A stretch of 64,000 nt of DNA from Verrucomicrobiota bacterium (GCA_039815375.1 JBCBZJ010000004.1:1-64000); one strand, 5' to 3'. Positions 35,325-47,026 are shown, numbered from the stretch's first letter. The notes: generated from the sequence alone by a model not told the origin. Numbers and translations are program-made.

Positions 35325-35960
35325 ATGCAATCAATCAACTCCTATCTTCTACTTTCCCTCTTCCTATGTTCTGCGATGGCCCTGCAAGCCGTCGATGTAA
35401 ATACGAATGCGATCGAGAACAAACGAGTTTTCGGCATCGAGTTTTCAGGTCAGAATCGAGCCTACTACGCGCGTGAGGCAGGCATTCAATCGATTTCCAA
35501 ACAAGAATACATCACCTCCAACTTTCGGGTCCTCGAATTGAACGTAGTGACTGTCGGGCCGGCCTTGCTGCGGATCTATTACAGTCGCCCTCTCGAACCG
35601 GATGAGCTCAGTGCTTCGCTTGGCAATGCCATGCAAGCCTCCGGCATACCCGGAGCTTCGGCCATCAAGGCACCGACGCCCTCGCAATTGGAGAAGGTGA
35701 ACAGTAAGGCTTATGACGCGATTGATCAACTAACCGGCTCCACCGTCTTTAAAGAATACCCATATGCCACACACTCACATACCGTTGAGTTCAGAGTGAG
35801 CCGCCGCAGTGAGCTGATCGAGCTTCATGACGAGCTGAAGAAGCACTGGCTTAAAGAGCCTGCATTTTTCGAAGACGGCCAAATCGTAAGTGAAAGTTCA
35901 GACACCAGCAGTGAAATGAAGCCAAGAACCCTCGGCGGCACCTTGTTCAAGGTAAAATAG
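35325..35960 (+). CDS. Hypothetical exported protein
   Basis: Signal peptide; divergent from the ABC operon. Confidence 0.6.
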   Translation: MQSINSYLLLSLFLCSAMALQAVDVNTNAIENKRVFGIEFSGQNRAYYAREAGIQSISKQEYITSNFRVLELNVVTVGPALLRIYYSRPLEPDELSASLGNAMQASGIPGASAIKAPTPSQLEKVNSKAYDAIDQLTGSTVFKEYPYATHSHTVEFRVSRRSELIELHDELKKHWLKEPAFFEDGQIVSESSDTSSEMKPRTLGGTLFKVK

Positions 35961-36019
35961 ACAAATTTTGCCTCGGAGATTGGACCTGTGGCTCTTGATC
36001 TGCATGGTTCGGGGTTTCC

Positions 36020-39000
36020 ATGCCAACGTCTAGAGAAACCATTCGCCTGCGCGGCGTCCGCCAAAACAATCTCAAAGGCTTCGACCTCGACCTGCCGATC
36101 GGCCAGCTCACCGTCGTTACCGGCCTAAGTGGCGCAGGAAAATCGTCACTCGTATTCGAAACGCTCCACGCAGAGGGGCAGCGCCGCTACGTCGAGACCT
36201 TCTCGCCCTACACCCGGCAGTTTATGGACCTGCTTGACCGCCCCAAGGTCGACAGTGTGGAAAACATCCGTCCTTCCATCGCCATTCACCAGTCCAACAC
36301 GGTCAAGACCTCCCGCTCCACCGTCGGCACCATCACAGAACTGGCCGATTACTTTAAAGTCTGGTTCGCTAACGTCGCCACGCTCTACGATCCCGCCACC
36401 GGGGAACCCATCACCGACGATAACCCGCAAAGCGCATGGAAACAACTCCTCGCCAACCATCCCGATCAGACCGCCCTCATCTGCTTCGAGATAGCAAAGC
36501 CGGAAAAATTCACGTGGGACGAAATTCTAAAGCCTCTTAGCGCTCAGGGCTATTCTCGCGTCATTGTAGACGGAAAGATTCAGCGCATTGATCAGCTTCT
36601 AAGTTCTAACTCCAAACTTCTAACTTCCGTTCTTGTCGTTCAGGATCGCATCGGAATCAACGATAAGACGCGCGCCCGCTCTATTGAGGCCCTCCAGACC
36701 GCCTTTCAATTCGGCCAAGGTCGTATTCAAATACTCGATACAGATTGCCAGCCATTGACTGAGTTCGTCCACGGGCTCAAATCCCCCAAGACGGGTCAGA
36801 ACTTCCACCCCGCCATCCCCGCACTCTTTTCCTTCAACTCCCCTATCGGCGCCTGTGAAAGCTGCCGCGGCTTCGGGCGGGTTATCGAGATCGACTACAA
36901 ACTCGTTATCCCCGACCACAATATGTCGATTGACGAAGGTGCCATCCGCGCCTTTCAGGGTGAGGTTTACAGCGAAAGCCTCCGCGACCTGCAACGCGCC
37001 GCCAAAAAGCACAAGATCCGCACCCACATCCCCTTCGCCCAGCTCAACAAGAAAGAGCTCAGATTCGTCATGGAGGGCGAGCCGGGCTTCAAACCGGACC
37101 AAAATAAATGGTATGGCGTGCACCGCTTCTTCGATTGGCTGAATAGCAACCTCTACAAGATGCACGTCCGCGTCTTCCTCTCCAAATTCCGCAGCTACGT
37201 TGTCTGCCCCGAGTGTAACGGCGCCCGCCTCAAACCCGAATCCCTCAACTGGAAATGGCAGGGCCACACCCTCCCCGAACTCTACCAGCTAAGCGTTTCT
37301 GAGCTACTATCTTTATTAAATCAGAATCTGCGCTCATCTGCGTCCATCTGCGAATTACAAACAACCGATCTAAAAGACGACACTGCACTATCCGGCATCC
37401 TCTCCCGCCTCAGTTTTCTCGATGCTGTCGGCCTCAATTACCTTACCCTGGATCGCAGCTCACGCAGCCTCTCCGGTGGTGAGACGATGCGGGTCAATCT
37501 CACCTCCTGTCTCGGCTCCGCACTAACCGACACTCTCTTCGTGCTTGATGAGCCTTCTGTTGGCCTTCACTCCCGCGATATGGATCGACTCATTGGCATC
37601 CTGCGTCGACTCACCGCCTTGGGCAATACCGTTGTCGTGGTTGAGCACGACGAAGCCGTCATGCGCGCCGCTGACAATCTCATCGAGATCGGGCCCAAGC
37701 CGGGCGTTAACGGAGGTCGGCTCTCCTTCCACGGTAATTATAAACGTATCCTCAAATCGGATACACACACCGGTCGCTACCTTTCCGGACGAGAGACCAT
37801 CGACGCCCCCACGAAGCGACGCAGCACAAAGAAGGCACCCATGCTTTCCGTCTACGGTGCGAGCAAACACAACCTGTCGAACCTGGACCTATCGATCCCG
37901 CAACAGCGCTTTGTCTGCCTCAGCGGTGTCTCTGGTTCCGGGAAGTCCACCCTGATCAACAACGTCATCTACCAGAACCTACTCGCTCAAAAAGGCCTCT
38001 CCGTCGAAGACCCCGCCGCGATTCAGGATATCGACTCCAGCCTCCCGCTCTCAGAAGTCGTCTTCATCGATCAGAGCCCCGTCAGTAAAACCCCGCGTTC
38101 CAACCCAGCCAGCTACACCGACGCCTGGACTGAGATCCGTAAAGTCTTTGCCCAGCTCAATGCCGCCCAATCCGCCGGCATGGGCCCCGGACATTTCTCC
38201 TTCAATAGCGGCGATGGACGCTGCCCCACCTGCGCCGGTCTCGGCTTCGAACGCATCGAGATGCAGTTCGTCTCCGATGTCTTCGTGCCCTGCGAAACCT
38301 GCGAAGGTAAGCGCTTTAAAGACGAAGTCCTCGAGATTGAATATAACGGCCGCAGCATTGCCGAAATCCTCGATCTCGATATCGACGAAGCCGTCCTCTT
38401 CTTTGCCGATCACCCCAAAATTACCAACTGCCTCCAGCCCTTGATCGAAGTCGGCCTCGGCTACCTCAAGCTCGGTCAACCCCTCAACACCCTCTCCGGC
38501 GGTGAATCCCAACGCCTTAAACTAGTCAGCTACCTTGGTAAAGTCACAGGTAAACGTGCCTCGCCTCAGACATCCGCCATGATCCTGATCGACGAGCCCA
38601 CCACCGGCCTCCACCGCGCCGATGTCAAACGGCTCATCGCCGTGCTCCAACGTCTTGTCGAGGTCGGCCACTCACTCATCGTCATCGAGCACAATCTCGA
38701 TATCCTCAAAGTCGCCGACTGGATCATCGAACTCGGCCCCGAGGCCGGAGCCGGCGGCGGCCAAATCGTCGCCCAAGGCACCCCCGAGCAAATCGCCAGG
38801 TCAGAGAGCATCACTGCCCCTTACCTTGCAGAAACATTGGGAGTTCGGCTATCCCCAGCTGACGTCGCTGAACAACAAGACCCCTTTCACTCTTCATCCT
38901 TCACCCCTCAAACTTCTGGCACTCTTTCCATTCGCGGCGCCAGAGAGCACAATCTGAAAGACGTCTCCTGCGACATCCGGCACAATGCCATGACCGTCGT

Positions 39001-41608
39001 CACCGGCGTTTCCGGCTCCGGTAAATCCTCCCTCGCTTTCGACATCGTCTTTGCCGAGGGCCAACGCCGCTTCATGGAGAGCATGTCCGCCTACGCCCGC
39101 CAGTTCGTTGAGCAGATGCCCCGCGCCGATGTCGACGACCTCTCAGGCATCGCCCCCACCGTCGCCATCGAACAACGCGTCACCAAAGGCACCCGAAAGT
39201 CCACTGTCGCCACCATTACCGAAGTCGCTCAATACCTCCGCCTCCTCTACGCTCGTGTCGGCATCCAGCACTCCCCCACCACCGGCGAAGCCGTCGTCAG
39301 CCAATCCGAATCCGCCCTCCAAAAGCGCCTCAAAACCATCCTCGCCGAGCACAACTCAAAATCGAAGTCCAAATCGCCCCCCCTCTACCTCTGCGCCCCC
39401 CTCATCCGTGGACGTAAAGGCCACCACGAACCCCTCGCCAACTGGGCCCGCGACCACGGCTACGAAATACTCCGCATCGATGGAACCCTCGTCCACCTCG
39501 ACCACTTCCAGAAACTCGACCGCTACGTCGAGCACGACATTGATTTAATCATAAGCGAAATAGGTAGGGACGTCCGCACTCAGACGTCCGCACTCAAAGA
39601 AGCCCTCAAACTCGGCAAAGGCTCCGCCTTCGTCATGACACCCAAAGGCGAAGTCCTCTCCTGGCTCTCCACCAAACGCACCGACCCCACCACCGGCGAA
39701 GCCTTCCCCGAACTCGACCCCAAACACTTTTCCTGGAACAGCCCCCGAGGCTGGTGCCCCACCTGCCGCGGCTACGGTCAACTCTTCGACTGGATGGCCA
39801 AGGAAGACGACGACGAGAATCCCCTCAAAGACCGCCTCGATGGAATCGAAGACGGCCAGATCTGCCCCGACTGCCAGGGCACCCGCCTCAACCCACTCAG
39901 CCGCGCCGTCCGCCTCCCTCTCAAAAAAGGCAGCAAAAACGCACCACTTTCCACGCAGGACTCCGTTTCCCTTCCCGAGCTCCTGTCCCTCACTCCCAGC
40001 AATCTCCTTGAAGTTCTAAAAAGAACCAAGGTCGATCAGCGCAGTAAGGCCGTGCTGGACGAACTCCTCCCCGAGATCGAAGAGCGCATGCGTTTCATGG
40101 ACCGCGTCGGGCTCGACTACCTCCAGCTCGACCGCGCCACCGCCACCCTCTCCGGCGGCGAGGCCCAGCGCATCCGCCTCGCCGCCCAGCTCGGCTCCAA
40201 TCTCTCCGGTGTGCTCTACGTCCTCGACGAGCCCTCCATCGGCCTCCACGCCCGCGACAACGCCAAGCTCCTCCAATCCCTCGAGCAGCTCCGCAACCGC
40301 GGCAACACCCTCGTCATCGTCGAGCACAACGAAGCCACCATGCGCAAGGCCGATCAAATCATCGACCTCGGCCCCGCTGCCGGCATTCACGGCGGCGAGA
40401 TCGTCGCCAGCGGCAAAGTCAGCCAGATCAAAAAAGCCAAAGACTCCCTCACCGGGAAATACCTCCGCAAATCCATGCCGCACCCAATCCGCGGCAGCCA
40501 CCGCGAGCTCCCCGCACCCTGGAGCCCACGCAAGAAAAAGAGCAACGAAAACTGGATCTCCCTCCAAGGCGCCGCCTTGAGAAACCTCAAAGGCTTCGAT
40601 CTCCAGATCCCCAAGCAACGCCTCACCGCCGTTTGCGGCGTCTCCGGCGCCGGCAAAAGCACCCTCATCCGCGACCTCCTCAAACCACTCGTCGAAGAAG
40701 CTATCATCAACAAATCAGAAAAACTTACCCCCAAGAACCTATCAGCAAATCACCCCCTAAATAAAAACCCGAGCCCAAGCTTCAAAGCACTCCATCACGC
40801 CGAAGGCATTCGCAAAGTGATTGAAGTCGACCAGTCCCCCATCGGTAAAACCCCACGCTCCACCCCCGCCACTTACATCGGCGCCTTCGACATCATCCGC
40901 GACATCTACGCCAAGCTCCCCGAAGCCAACATGCGCGGCTACACCAAGAGCACCTTCTCCTTTAACACCAAGGGCGGCCGCTGCGAGACCTGCAAAGGCG
41001 CCGGGCGCATCAAGCTCGAGATGAACTTCATGCCCGACACCCACGTCACCTGTGAAGACTGCAACGGACGCCGCTACGGCGCCGAGCTCGACGAGCTCCG
41101 CTGGAACGGAAAAAGCATCGCCGACGTCCTCCAAATGAGCTTCGAAGAAGCCGCCGAGTTCTTTAGCTTCCACACCCAGCTCAGCAGCCTCATGCAACTC
41201 ATGGTCGAGACCGGGCTCGGCTACATCACCCTCGGCCAATACTCACCCACCCTCAGCGGCGGTGAAGCCCAGCGTATGAAACTCGTCAGCGAGCTCGCCA
41301 AAGGCCAACCCACCTTCAAAGAACGCCAATACAACCAAGGCAAAGGCAACCTCTACATCCTCGAAGAACCCACCATCGGTCTCCACCTCGCCGACGTCGA
41401 ACGCCTCATCGAACTCCTCCACCGCCTCGTCGACAAAGGCCACACCGTCCTCGTCATCGAACACCACCTCGAAGTCATCCAGGATGCGGACTATCTCGTA
41501 GAGATAGGTCCGAATGGCGGCGATGCCGGCGGAGAGCTGCTTTACCAAGGAAGCGTTCAAGAACTACAGAAAGCCAAAAGCAGCGTGACTGCTGAGTTCT
41601 TAAAATAG
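36020..41608 (+). CDS. uvrA: Excinuclease ABC subunit A, double length (four ABC domains)
   Basis: Four Walker A ([36 protein letters not shown]), four LSGGE signatures, CxxC zinc fingers. Confidence 0.95.
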   Translation: MPTSRETIRLRGVRQNNLKGFDLDLPIGQLTVVTGLSGAGKSSLVFETLHAEGQRRYVETFSPYTRQFMDLLDRPKVDSVENIRPSIAIHQSNTVKTSRSTVGTITELADYFKVWFANVATLYDPATGEPITDDNPQSAWKQLLANHPDQTALICFEIAKPEKFTWDEILKPLSAQGYSRVIVDGKIQRIDQLLSSNSKLLTSVLVVQDRIGINDKTRARSIEALQTAFQFGQGRIQILDTDCQPLTEFVHGLKSPKTGQNFHPAIPALFSFNSPIGACESCRGFGRVIEIDYKLVIPDHNMSIDEGAIRAFQGEVYSESLRDLQRAAKKHKIRTHIPFAQLNKKELRFVMEGEPGFKPDQNKWYGVHRFFDWLNSNLYKMHVRVFLSKFRSYVVCPECNGARLKPESLNWKWQGHTLPELYQLSVSELLSLLNQNLRSSASICELQTTDLKDDTALSGILSRLSFLDAVGLNYLTLDRSSRSLSGGETMRVNLTSCLGSALTDTLFVLDEPSVGLHSRDMDRLIGILRRLTALGNTVVVVEHDEAVMRAADNLIEIGPKPGVNGGRLSFHGNYKRILKSDTHTGRYLSGRETIDAPTKRRSTKKAPMLSVYGASKHNLSNLDLSIPQQRFVCLSGVSGSGKSTLINNVIYQNLLAQKGLSVEDPAAIQDIDSSLPLSEVVFIDQSPVSKTPRSNPASYTDAWTEIRKVFAQLNAAQSAGMGPGHFSFNSGDGRCPTCAGLGFERIEMQFVSDVFVPCETCEGKRFKDEVLEIEYNGRSIAEILDLDIDEAVLFFADHPKITNCLQPLIEVGLGYLKLGQPLNTLSGGESQRLKLVSYLGKVTGKRASPQTSAMILIDEPTTGLHRADVKRLIAVLQRLVEVGHSLIVIEHNLDILKVADWIIELGPEAGAGGGQIVAQGTPEQIARSESITAPYLAETLGVRLSPADVAEQQDPFHSSSFTPQTSGTLSIRGAREHNLKDVSCDIRHNAMTVVTGVSGSGKSSLAFDIVFAEGQRRFMESMSAYARQFVEQMPRADVDDLSGIAPTVAIEQRVTKGTRKSTVATITEVAQYLRLLYARVGIQHSPTTGEAVVSQSESALQKRLKTILAEHNSKSKSKSPPLYLCAPLIRGRKGHHEPLANWARDHGYEILRIDGTLVHLDHFQKLDRYVEHDIDLIISEIGRDVRTQTSALKEALKLGKGSAFVMTPKGEVLSWLSTKRTDPTTGEAFPELDPKHFSWNSPRGWCPTCRGYGQLFDWMAKEDDDENPLKDRLDGIEDGQICPDCQGTRLNPLSRAVRLPLKKGSKNAPLSTQDSVSLPELLSLTPSNLLEVLKRTKVDQRSKAVLDELLPEIEERMRFMDRVGLDYLQLDRATATLSGGEAQRIRLAAQLGSNLSGVLYVLDEPSIGLHARDNAKLLQSLEQLRNRGNTLVIVEHNEATMRKADQIIDLGPAAGIHGGEIVASGKVSQIKKAKDSLTGKYLRKSMPHPIRGSHRELPAPWSPRKKKSNENWISLQGAALRNLKGFDLQIPKQRLTAVCGVSGAGKSTLIRDLLKPLVEEAIINKSEKLTPKNLSANHPLNKNPSPSFKALHHAEGIRKVIEVDQSPIGKTPRSTPATYIGAFDIIRDIYAKLPEANMRGYTKSTFSFNTKGGRCETCKGAGRIKLEMNFMPDTHVTCEDCNGRRYGAELDELRWNGKSIADVLQMSFEEAAEFFSFHTQLSSLMQLMVETGLGYITLGQYSPTLSGGEAQRMKLVSELAKGQPTFKERQYNQGKGNLYILEEPTIGLHLADVERLIELLHRLVDKGHTVLVIEHHLEVIQDADYLVEIGPNGGDAGGELLYQGSVQELQKAKSSVTAEFLK

Positions 41609-41633
41609 GTTTCTCACGCAAAGGCGTAGAGAC

Positions 41634-41690
41634 CGCAAAGTAAGACCATACGATATTGGAAAGGTAGCGCAGCACCGTCCCGGTGCGCAC
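41634..41690 (+). repeat. 57-bp exact direct repeat, copy 1 (contains REP-like GTAG hairpin)
   Basis: CGCAAAGTAAGACCATACGATATTGGAAAGGTAGCGCAGCACCGTCCCGGTGCGCAC, identical to 42042-42098. Confidence 0.9.
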
Positions 41691-41917
41691 CTCACATCCC
41701 GAAATCATGGACAGTAAGCTAGCCGCACGGCGCCGAAGCCAAACAAGCCGACACCGACGAGTTCCTCTAACTCCAGTTAGAACGACTCCGGCCCAAAATT
41801 AAACAGGAGATAACGGAGGAAACAGAGAGAACTCATAAAACTCTGCGTCTTTGCGTGAGACATTGACCCCTCACTCTTCAAACTTCACCCACCCTGCCCT
41901 CTGGGTAGTCTGACGAA

Positions 41918-42025
41918 CAAATTGGTCAAAACGGCGGCGACGGCGGAGGAGAACTTCTCTATCAGGGAAATGTCGAAGGGCTTAAAAAAATAAAAAACAG
42001 CACAACCGCTGAATTCCTGAAATAG
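41918..42025 (+). pseudogene. Second, diverged copy of the uvrA 3' end
   Basis: Translates [35 protein letters not shown] versus uvr[36 protein letters not shown]. Confidence 0.85.
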
Positions 42026-42041
42026 GTTTTTCGCGCAGAGA

Positions 42042-42098
42042 CGCAAAGTAAGACCATACGATATTGGAAAGGTAGCGCAGCACCGTCCCGGTGCGCAC
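42042..42098 (+). repeat. 57-bp exact direct repeat, copy 2
   Basis: Identical to 41634-41690. Confidence 0.9.
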
Positions 42099-42236
42099 AG
42101 ACGTATTGAAGCATAGTCCTAAAGACTTAGGAAGCCGCACCGAGTTAAGCTAAACAAAGGCTAGAAATTCAGACTTGAAATTAATAAAACGTCGTGCGAC
42201 GATTTATTAATTAAGCCAATCACAAAACAACAAATC

Positions 42237-42752
42237 ATGCGCGCACTGCAGCGCTTGGGTGAACTCGCCCAAGACCAGCAGATCGAGATCGAACTCTCCA
42301 TTTACGGCGGATGCGCGATGATGCTCGCATTCGACCGGCGCGCCATGACCCGTGATGTCGATGCGATCTTTCATCCTGCAGAGACCGTCCGCCCATTGAT
42401 TGAACAAGTCGCCAGCGAAATGCAGCTACCGGAAGAATGGCTCAATGACGATGTCCGCCAATTCCTCGCACCCGCCGGGGCGATGCGCACACTCCCGCTA
42501 GACCTACCCGGCCTGAAAGTCACCACACCTACCGCGAGCTATCTCCTCGCCATGAAAGCCTTGGCCGGCCGCCGGGCACTCCCCGGATATGAGGGGGACG
42601 AAGCCGACCTCCGCTACCTGATCCGAAAAATGAAGATCCAATCGGTCGATGAAGTTCAGGAACATATTGATCGCTACTACCCCGACGACCTCCCCACCGA
42701 ATCCGCACGTGCGATGATCGCTCAGATTATCCGCGAAGAAAACGTATCATGA
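42237..42752 (+). CDS. DUF6036-like nucleotidyltransferase, putative toxin
   Basis: IYGGCAMML...RAMTRDVDA (GG..DxD NTase motif), LLAMK. Confidence 0.7.
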   Translation: MRALQRLGELAQDQQIEIELSIYGGCAMMLAFDRRAMTRDVDAIFHPAETVRPLIEQVASEMQLPEEWLNDDVRQFLAPAGAMRTLPLDLPGLKVTTPTASYLLAMKALAGRRALPGYEGDEADLRYLIRKMKIQSVDEVQEHIDRYYPDDLPTESARAMIAQIIREENVS

Positions 42753-43267
42753 AGAACAGCCCAATACTTCCCACCACACTGGCTGACGTCGCCGAGCAAA
42801 GTGAAAGCTTGGGCGACTTTGGACTACTCCTGCGTGAGTGGAATCACAGTGTGACACGAGGCGACATTTCCAATCGACCCGCACTCGCGCGCAGTATCGC
42901 GGAGACACCGACTCGCTTGGCTCAGCGTTTCCCAGAAGGCGAAATTGCCGACGCCTACCTAGCTGCCTATGCCGAATGGATCGCCGACAAAGCAGACATT
43001 GAACGCCCCAAGTGGACCCAGGACAACGACCAAAGCCTCGACACCCCCTGGTTCGCGGACAATGCAAGAGCCTCACTCCTGATTTTAACGCCCGCCTCCT
43101 TTCGTCAGCGCAACGTCTTTACGATCCCTGAAGACGTCATCCGGCTCCGCCGCGGACGCCCCAAAGTCAGCACCGCTCAGAAAAAAGCCAAAGCCCGCGA
43201 GCGCGACCGCCGCTACCGCGAACGCATCCGAAAACTAGTCGCTATCGGCCGCCAGCAAACCGCATAG
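42749..43267 (+). CDS. Hypothetical partner of the nucleotidyltransferase, putative antitoxin
   Basis: 4-bp ATGA overlap with upstream gene; basic C-terminus with RGRPK. Confidence 0.55.
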   Translation: MKNSPILPTTLADVAEQSESLGDFGLLLREWNHSVTRGDISNRPALARSIAETPTRLAQRFPEGEIADAYLAAYAEWIADKADIERPKWTQDNDQSLDTPWFADNARASLLILTPASFRQRNVFTIPEDVIRLRRGRPKVSTAQKKAKARERDRRYRERIRKLVAIGRQQTA

Positions 43268-43300
43268 TAGGCAAACAAGCTCTACATTCTCGAAGACCCA

Positions 43301-43555
43301 CTATCGGCCCTGCTGACCTTCACAACCCTCACAACTCAAACTTCTTTGATACTGTTCAAAGATTCCCTCCAGTTTCCGAACCTCCTCACAGATCACCTCG
43401 CTGACCACGCCGACCGCCCCGAGACTCACCGCCGAATCCGCCTCCGGCGCACGCGCCGCCGCCGCAACCACCTGCGCCAAAGCATCAATCCGCTCCAGCA
43501 ACCCATCCGCCTCTTCCCGCACCACCTCGTATTGTTTGAGGAATTTTCTATTCAT
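43301..43555 (-). CDS. Small hypothetical protein
   Basis: 84 aa ORF divergent from the RHH gene. Confidence 0.45.
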   Translation of the reverse strand: MNRKFLKQYEVVREEADGLLERIDALAQVVAAAARAPEADSAVSLGAVGVVSEVICEEVRKLEGIFEQYQRSLSCEGCEGQQGR

Positions 43556-43575
43556 AGTTCACCGTTACATTAATC

Positions 43576-43634
43576 ATGTTAACAAAGTTAATCTTATGAG
43601 GATTGAGCGCAAGCTCAAATGTTAACAAGGTTAA
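43576..43634. promoter_or_regulatory. Putative operator: two ATGTTAACAARGTTAA repeats flanking a TTGAGC-N4-GCTCAA palindrome
   Basis: Repeats at 43576-43591 and 43619-43634, palindrome at 43603-43618, between divergent genes. Confidence 0.55.
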
Positions 43635-43638
43635 CTTT

Positions 43639-43794
43639 ATGGGTAAGAAAAACGTTACTATTGGCGTGAGAGTTGATTCCGAACTTGAGGAAATTCTGAA
43701 ATCTATTGCGAAGAAAGAAGATCGAACGCTTTCGTATGTTGCACGCGAATTGATCGTCGAAGGCCTAAAAGCCAAAGGCACTATAAAGAAATAA
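43639..43794 (+). CDS. Ribbon-helix-helix (CopG/Arc-like) regulator
   Basis: MGKKNVTIGVRVDSELEEILKSIAKKEDRTLSYVARELIVEGL, typical RHH pattern. Confidence 0.75.
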   Translation: MGKKNVTIGVRVDSELEEILKSIAKKEDRTLSYVARELIVEGLKAKGTIKK

Positions 43795-43887
43795 ACTAGA
43801 AGAATACCGCCTCCCCCTCAAACGCGTCTAGGTTGTCTTTTCCTGAGAGATGTTAAGCTTGAATTAAATATAACATGCACTTCACTT

Positions 43888-45093
43888 ATGCCAAACGGCC
43901 CAGAAAATAACAAAATAACTGTGTCAAATCAAAGAACTCCAGCCAAACAGATTTCGCGCTCAAACAACGAAGCGAAGCGGCGCAGAAACAGCGTCAGAAC
44001 TATTACGGCTATCGACTTATTCGCAGGCGCAGGTGGTTTCTCGCTCGCAGCAGAAGAAGCAGGAGTAAAAGTCTTAGCAGCCGTTGAATGTGACAACTGG
44101 GCTCAGGCCACCTATCGGGCTAATTTTATTGACGGTCGCAGAGGCTCCGACAGGCATCGCCTCTACGGAGACGTCATGGACATTGAGCCCTCTGACATGC
44201 TCATGGACGTCAGATTAGAAAAAGGAGAGCTTGATTTGCTTATCGGTGGCCCCCCTTGCCAGGGCTTCTCATCACATCGCCTAAACGATGCAGGTGTAAA
44301 TGATCCGCGTAACGAACTTCTTTTGCGCTACTTCGATTTCGTGAAAGGTCTGCGTCCAAAAATATTTCTTGTCGAAAATGTTTCCGGCATGCTTTGGAAA
44401 CGGCATGAAGCCTACGTTCAAAAATTCAAACACTTGGCGAGACGAAACGGATACCGTCTGGTTGGAGGAGGCCCGCAGATAATCAACGCAAGAGACTTCG
44501 GAGTCCCGCAAAACAGGAAGCGCGTCTTCATCCTGGGTGTCCGTAATGACGTAGCTACACCGGAAGATTTCCAATGGCCACCTAAACCAACGCATTACTC
44601 GCCAAATTCAAAAGAAGCCCAAAACGGTGCACCAATCTGGAAGCCCGCCGCAGAAGTCTTCGAGAAACCGCTGGATAAAGCCGACCCCAATAACCTGCAC
44701 ATGCAACCCGGCTCTGAGATGTTGGAGCGCTTCAAGCGGACTCCAAAAAATGGAGGAAGCCGTTCCGACAGCGGGTACACTCTCGAATGCCACAAAACAC
44801 ATAAGGGCCACAAAGACGTTTACGGGCGTATAGACTCAACTAAACCCGGCCCGACTATGACAACTGGCTGCATAAATCCATCTAAAGGCCGGTTCGTCCA
44901 CCCTATCAAACACCACGGCATCACAGCAAGACACGCCGCCCGCTTCCAAACTTTCCCGGATTCGTTCATTTTCCAAGGGGGACTAGGTCAAGCAGGCAAA
45001 CAAATAGGCAATGCTGTCCCGATTGCACTTGGAGAGAAAATTATCAGATCCGTATTGGAGAGCATCGATGAGCAAAAAGACGCTAAAGATTAA
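43888..45093 (+). CDS. dcm: DNA (cytosine-5) methyltransferase
   Basis: DLFAGAGG, GGPPCQGFS, ENV, QNRKR, QIGNAVP. Confidence 0.95.
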   Translation: MPNGPENNKITVSNQRTPAKQISRSNNEAKRRRNSVRTITAIDLFAGAGGFSLAAEEAGVKVLAAVECDNWAQATYRANFIDGRRGSDRHRLYGDVMDIEPSDMLMDVRLEKGELDLLIGGPPCQGFSSHRLNDAGVNDPRNELLLRYFDFVKGLRPKIFLVENVSGMLWKRHEAYVQKFKHLARRNGYRLVGGGPQIINARDFGVPQNRKRVFILGVRNDVATPEDFQWPPKPTHYSPNSKEAQNGAPIWKPAAEVFEKPLDKADPNNLHMQPGSEMLERFKRTPKNGGSRSDSGYTLECHKTHKGHKDVYGRIDSTKPGPTMTTGCINPSKGRFVHPIKHHGITARHAARFQTFPDSFIFQGGLGQAGKQIGNAVPIALGEKIIRSVLESIDEQKDAKD

Positions 45094-47026
45094 ATTCCAC
45101 GGAAGGATCCTAGATCATCTTGGGATTCAAATGTATCAAAGCCCTGTTGCAGCAATAGCAGAACTTATTTCTAACGCCTGGGATGCTGAAGCCGAAAGCG
45201 TGAAGATAAGTATTCCAAATGCCGACAATAAGATTAACCACATTCTTGTTGAGGATGATGGAATTGGAATGACGCTCGATGACTGCGAGAAAAGATATCT
45301 CAACATAGGCTACTGCCGTAGGGGTAAGGATAATTCTATTGTTAAATCCCCATCGAAAAAACGACCAATTCTTGGAAGGAAAGGTATTGGAAAGTTTGCA
45401 GGCTTCGGTATCGCGCGGACAATTGAAGTTACGACTATTAGCAAGGAAACTGGAGAACTGACAAAGTTTCTACTAGATCTAGATCAACTCAGAACAGGTG
45501 AATACGTAGCCGAAGGTGGAACAATAGATGTAATAGAGCACCTAGAACCAGACGAAGAACGAAGATCCAAACATGGAACACAGCTAAAGCTTAAGGACTT
45601 GGTCCTCAAAAGACAGATTCGTAGAGACTTCCCCAAAAGCATGGCACGTAGGTTCATACTGCTTCAGCATGCACATGATTTTATAGTAACAATAAACGAA
45701 GAGAAGCTTCCACAAGATGGCGACCTACCCGGCATCGAATATTCATTCCCTTCAGATTATGACGAAAATGATGAAGGTGCCAAAAATTTGCACACAGATA
45801 GAGACGGTTGGGCTCTAGAGGAAATTGAAGGCTATAAAATAAAATGGAAAATCAATTTTTACAAAGACCCGATTGAGGTCGAAGAATTGCGAGGAATCTC
45901 AATTTTCGCTAATGGCAAACTCGCTCAAAAGGCATTCTTTTTCAATCTCACAGGAGGCCTAGGCGGCCAGCACGGACAAGAATATATGAGCGGCCAAGTT
46001 ATTGCCGACTACATCGACCAGATGGATTTCGATATCATCTCGCCAGAACGTCAGAGAATAAACTGGGAGGATGAGAACTCAATACCACTCGAGGCTTGGG
46101 GCCAAGGGAAGGTCAAAGAGTTACTGAAGAAATGGCAGGCTAAGCGCGGCAAAAAAAGGCAAGAGCAAATCGAATCTAAAGTTGATGGATTCTCTGATCG
46201 ACTTGGAAAATTCCAGCCAAGGGAACGGAATGTGGTGAAAACCACTCTAATGAAGCTTGGAAGCATTTCGACTCTTTCAGACGAACAATTCGAAACTTTG
46301 GGAAAATCTGTTCTACGCTCCTGGGAACAAGGGCGACTCAAGGAATTAATTACCGATTTGTCAGAAGTCGAAGAAATGGATGAGCAGAGTCTAGTAGAAA
46401 TTTTAACCGAACAGGATATTTTGACGGCACTCAATGTCGCCGAGGCCGTCAAAACTAAAAAACAAACAATTGACGGGCTCGAGAGAAGAGTAAAAGACAA
46501 GGAATTAGAAAACCCTGTCAGGGACTACATTGCTGAGAACCCTTGGCTAGTGCATCCGAAATACCAGACGTATAAAATTGAGTCCTCGCTTAAAAGCATC
46601 TTCGATCCATTTGCGATCAAACATAACATAAGCGATGGTTATGAGAAAAAAAGAGTAGATCTCATTCTTGAATCGGGCAATCAGCTGATAGTGCTCGAGT
46701 TTATGCGCCCAGGAAAGTCTCTCGACTGGGATCACCTCGCTCGCTACGAAATCTATTTCCGCGAAATCGTCGCCCACGTAAGGAGTAATTCTTCACTGAA
46801 TTACAATTCAGTAGAAGGCATCATCATCGCTGATAATCTAAATAAAGATGTCGCTTTCAATGACAAGCTACAGGCGCTCGTGCGAGACAATATGTATGCA
46901 TATGACTGGCAAACCCTACTAGCAAGAGCAGGCAGCGAATGGGGCGAATTTTTTGACGCATTAATCGAAAGAACTCCCAGGGATGCAAGAATGGCACAAT
47001 TGCTCGATCCGCCGAAAGAATCCTAA
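45068..47026 (+). CDS. GHKL/MORC-like ATPase with probable C-terminal nuclease-like domain
   Basis: ELISNAWDA, DDGIGM, GRKGIGKFA; C-terminal RVDLIL...VLEFMRPG. Confidence 0.8.
   Translation: MSKKTLKIKFHGRILDHLGIQMYQSPVAAIAELISNAWDAEAESVKISIPNADNKINHILVEDDGIGMTLDDCEKRYLNIGYCRRGKDNSIVKSPSKKRPILGRKGIGKFAGFGIARTIEVTTISKETGELTKFLLDLDQLRTGEYVAEGGTIDVIEHLEPDEERRSKHGTQLKLKDLVLKRQIRRDFPKSMARRFILLQHAHDFIVTINEEKLPQDGDLPGIEYSFPSDYDENDEGAKNLHTDRDGWALEEIEGYKIKWKINFYKDPIEVEELRGISIFANGKLAQKAFFFNLTGGLGGQHGQEYMSGQVIADYIDQMDFDIISPERQRINWEDENSIPLEAWGQGKVKELLKKWQAKRGKKRQEQIESKVDGFSDRLGKFQPRERNVVKTTLMKLGSISTLSDEQFETLGKSVLRSWEQGRLKELITDLSEVEEMDEQSLVEILTEQDILTALNVAEAVKTKKQTIDGLERRVKDKELENPVRDYIAENPWLVHPKYQTYKIESSLKSIFDPFAIKHNISDGYEKKRVDLILESGNQLIVLEFMRPGKSLDWDHLARYEIYFREIVAHVRSNSSLNYNSVEGIIIADNLNKDVAFNDKLQALVRDNMYAYDWQTLLARAGSEWGEFFDALIERTPRDARMAQLLDPPKES

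Noticed and set aside
36020..41608. Double-length uvrA as a novelty, and its many overlapping ORFs
   Set aside because: Four-ABC-domain UvrA is known in PVC bacteria such as chlamydiae; the alternative-frame ORFs follow from strong C-ending codon bias
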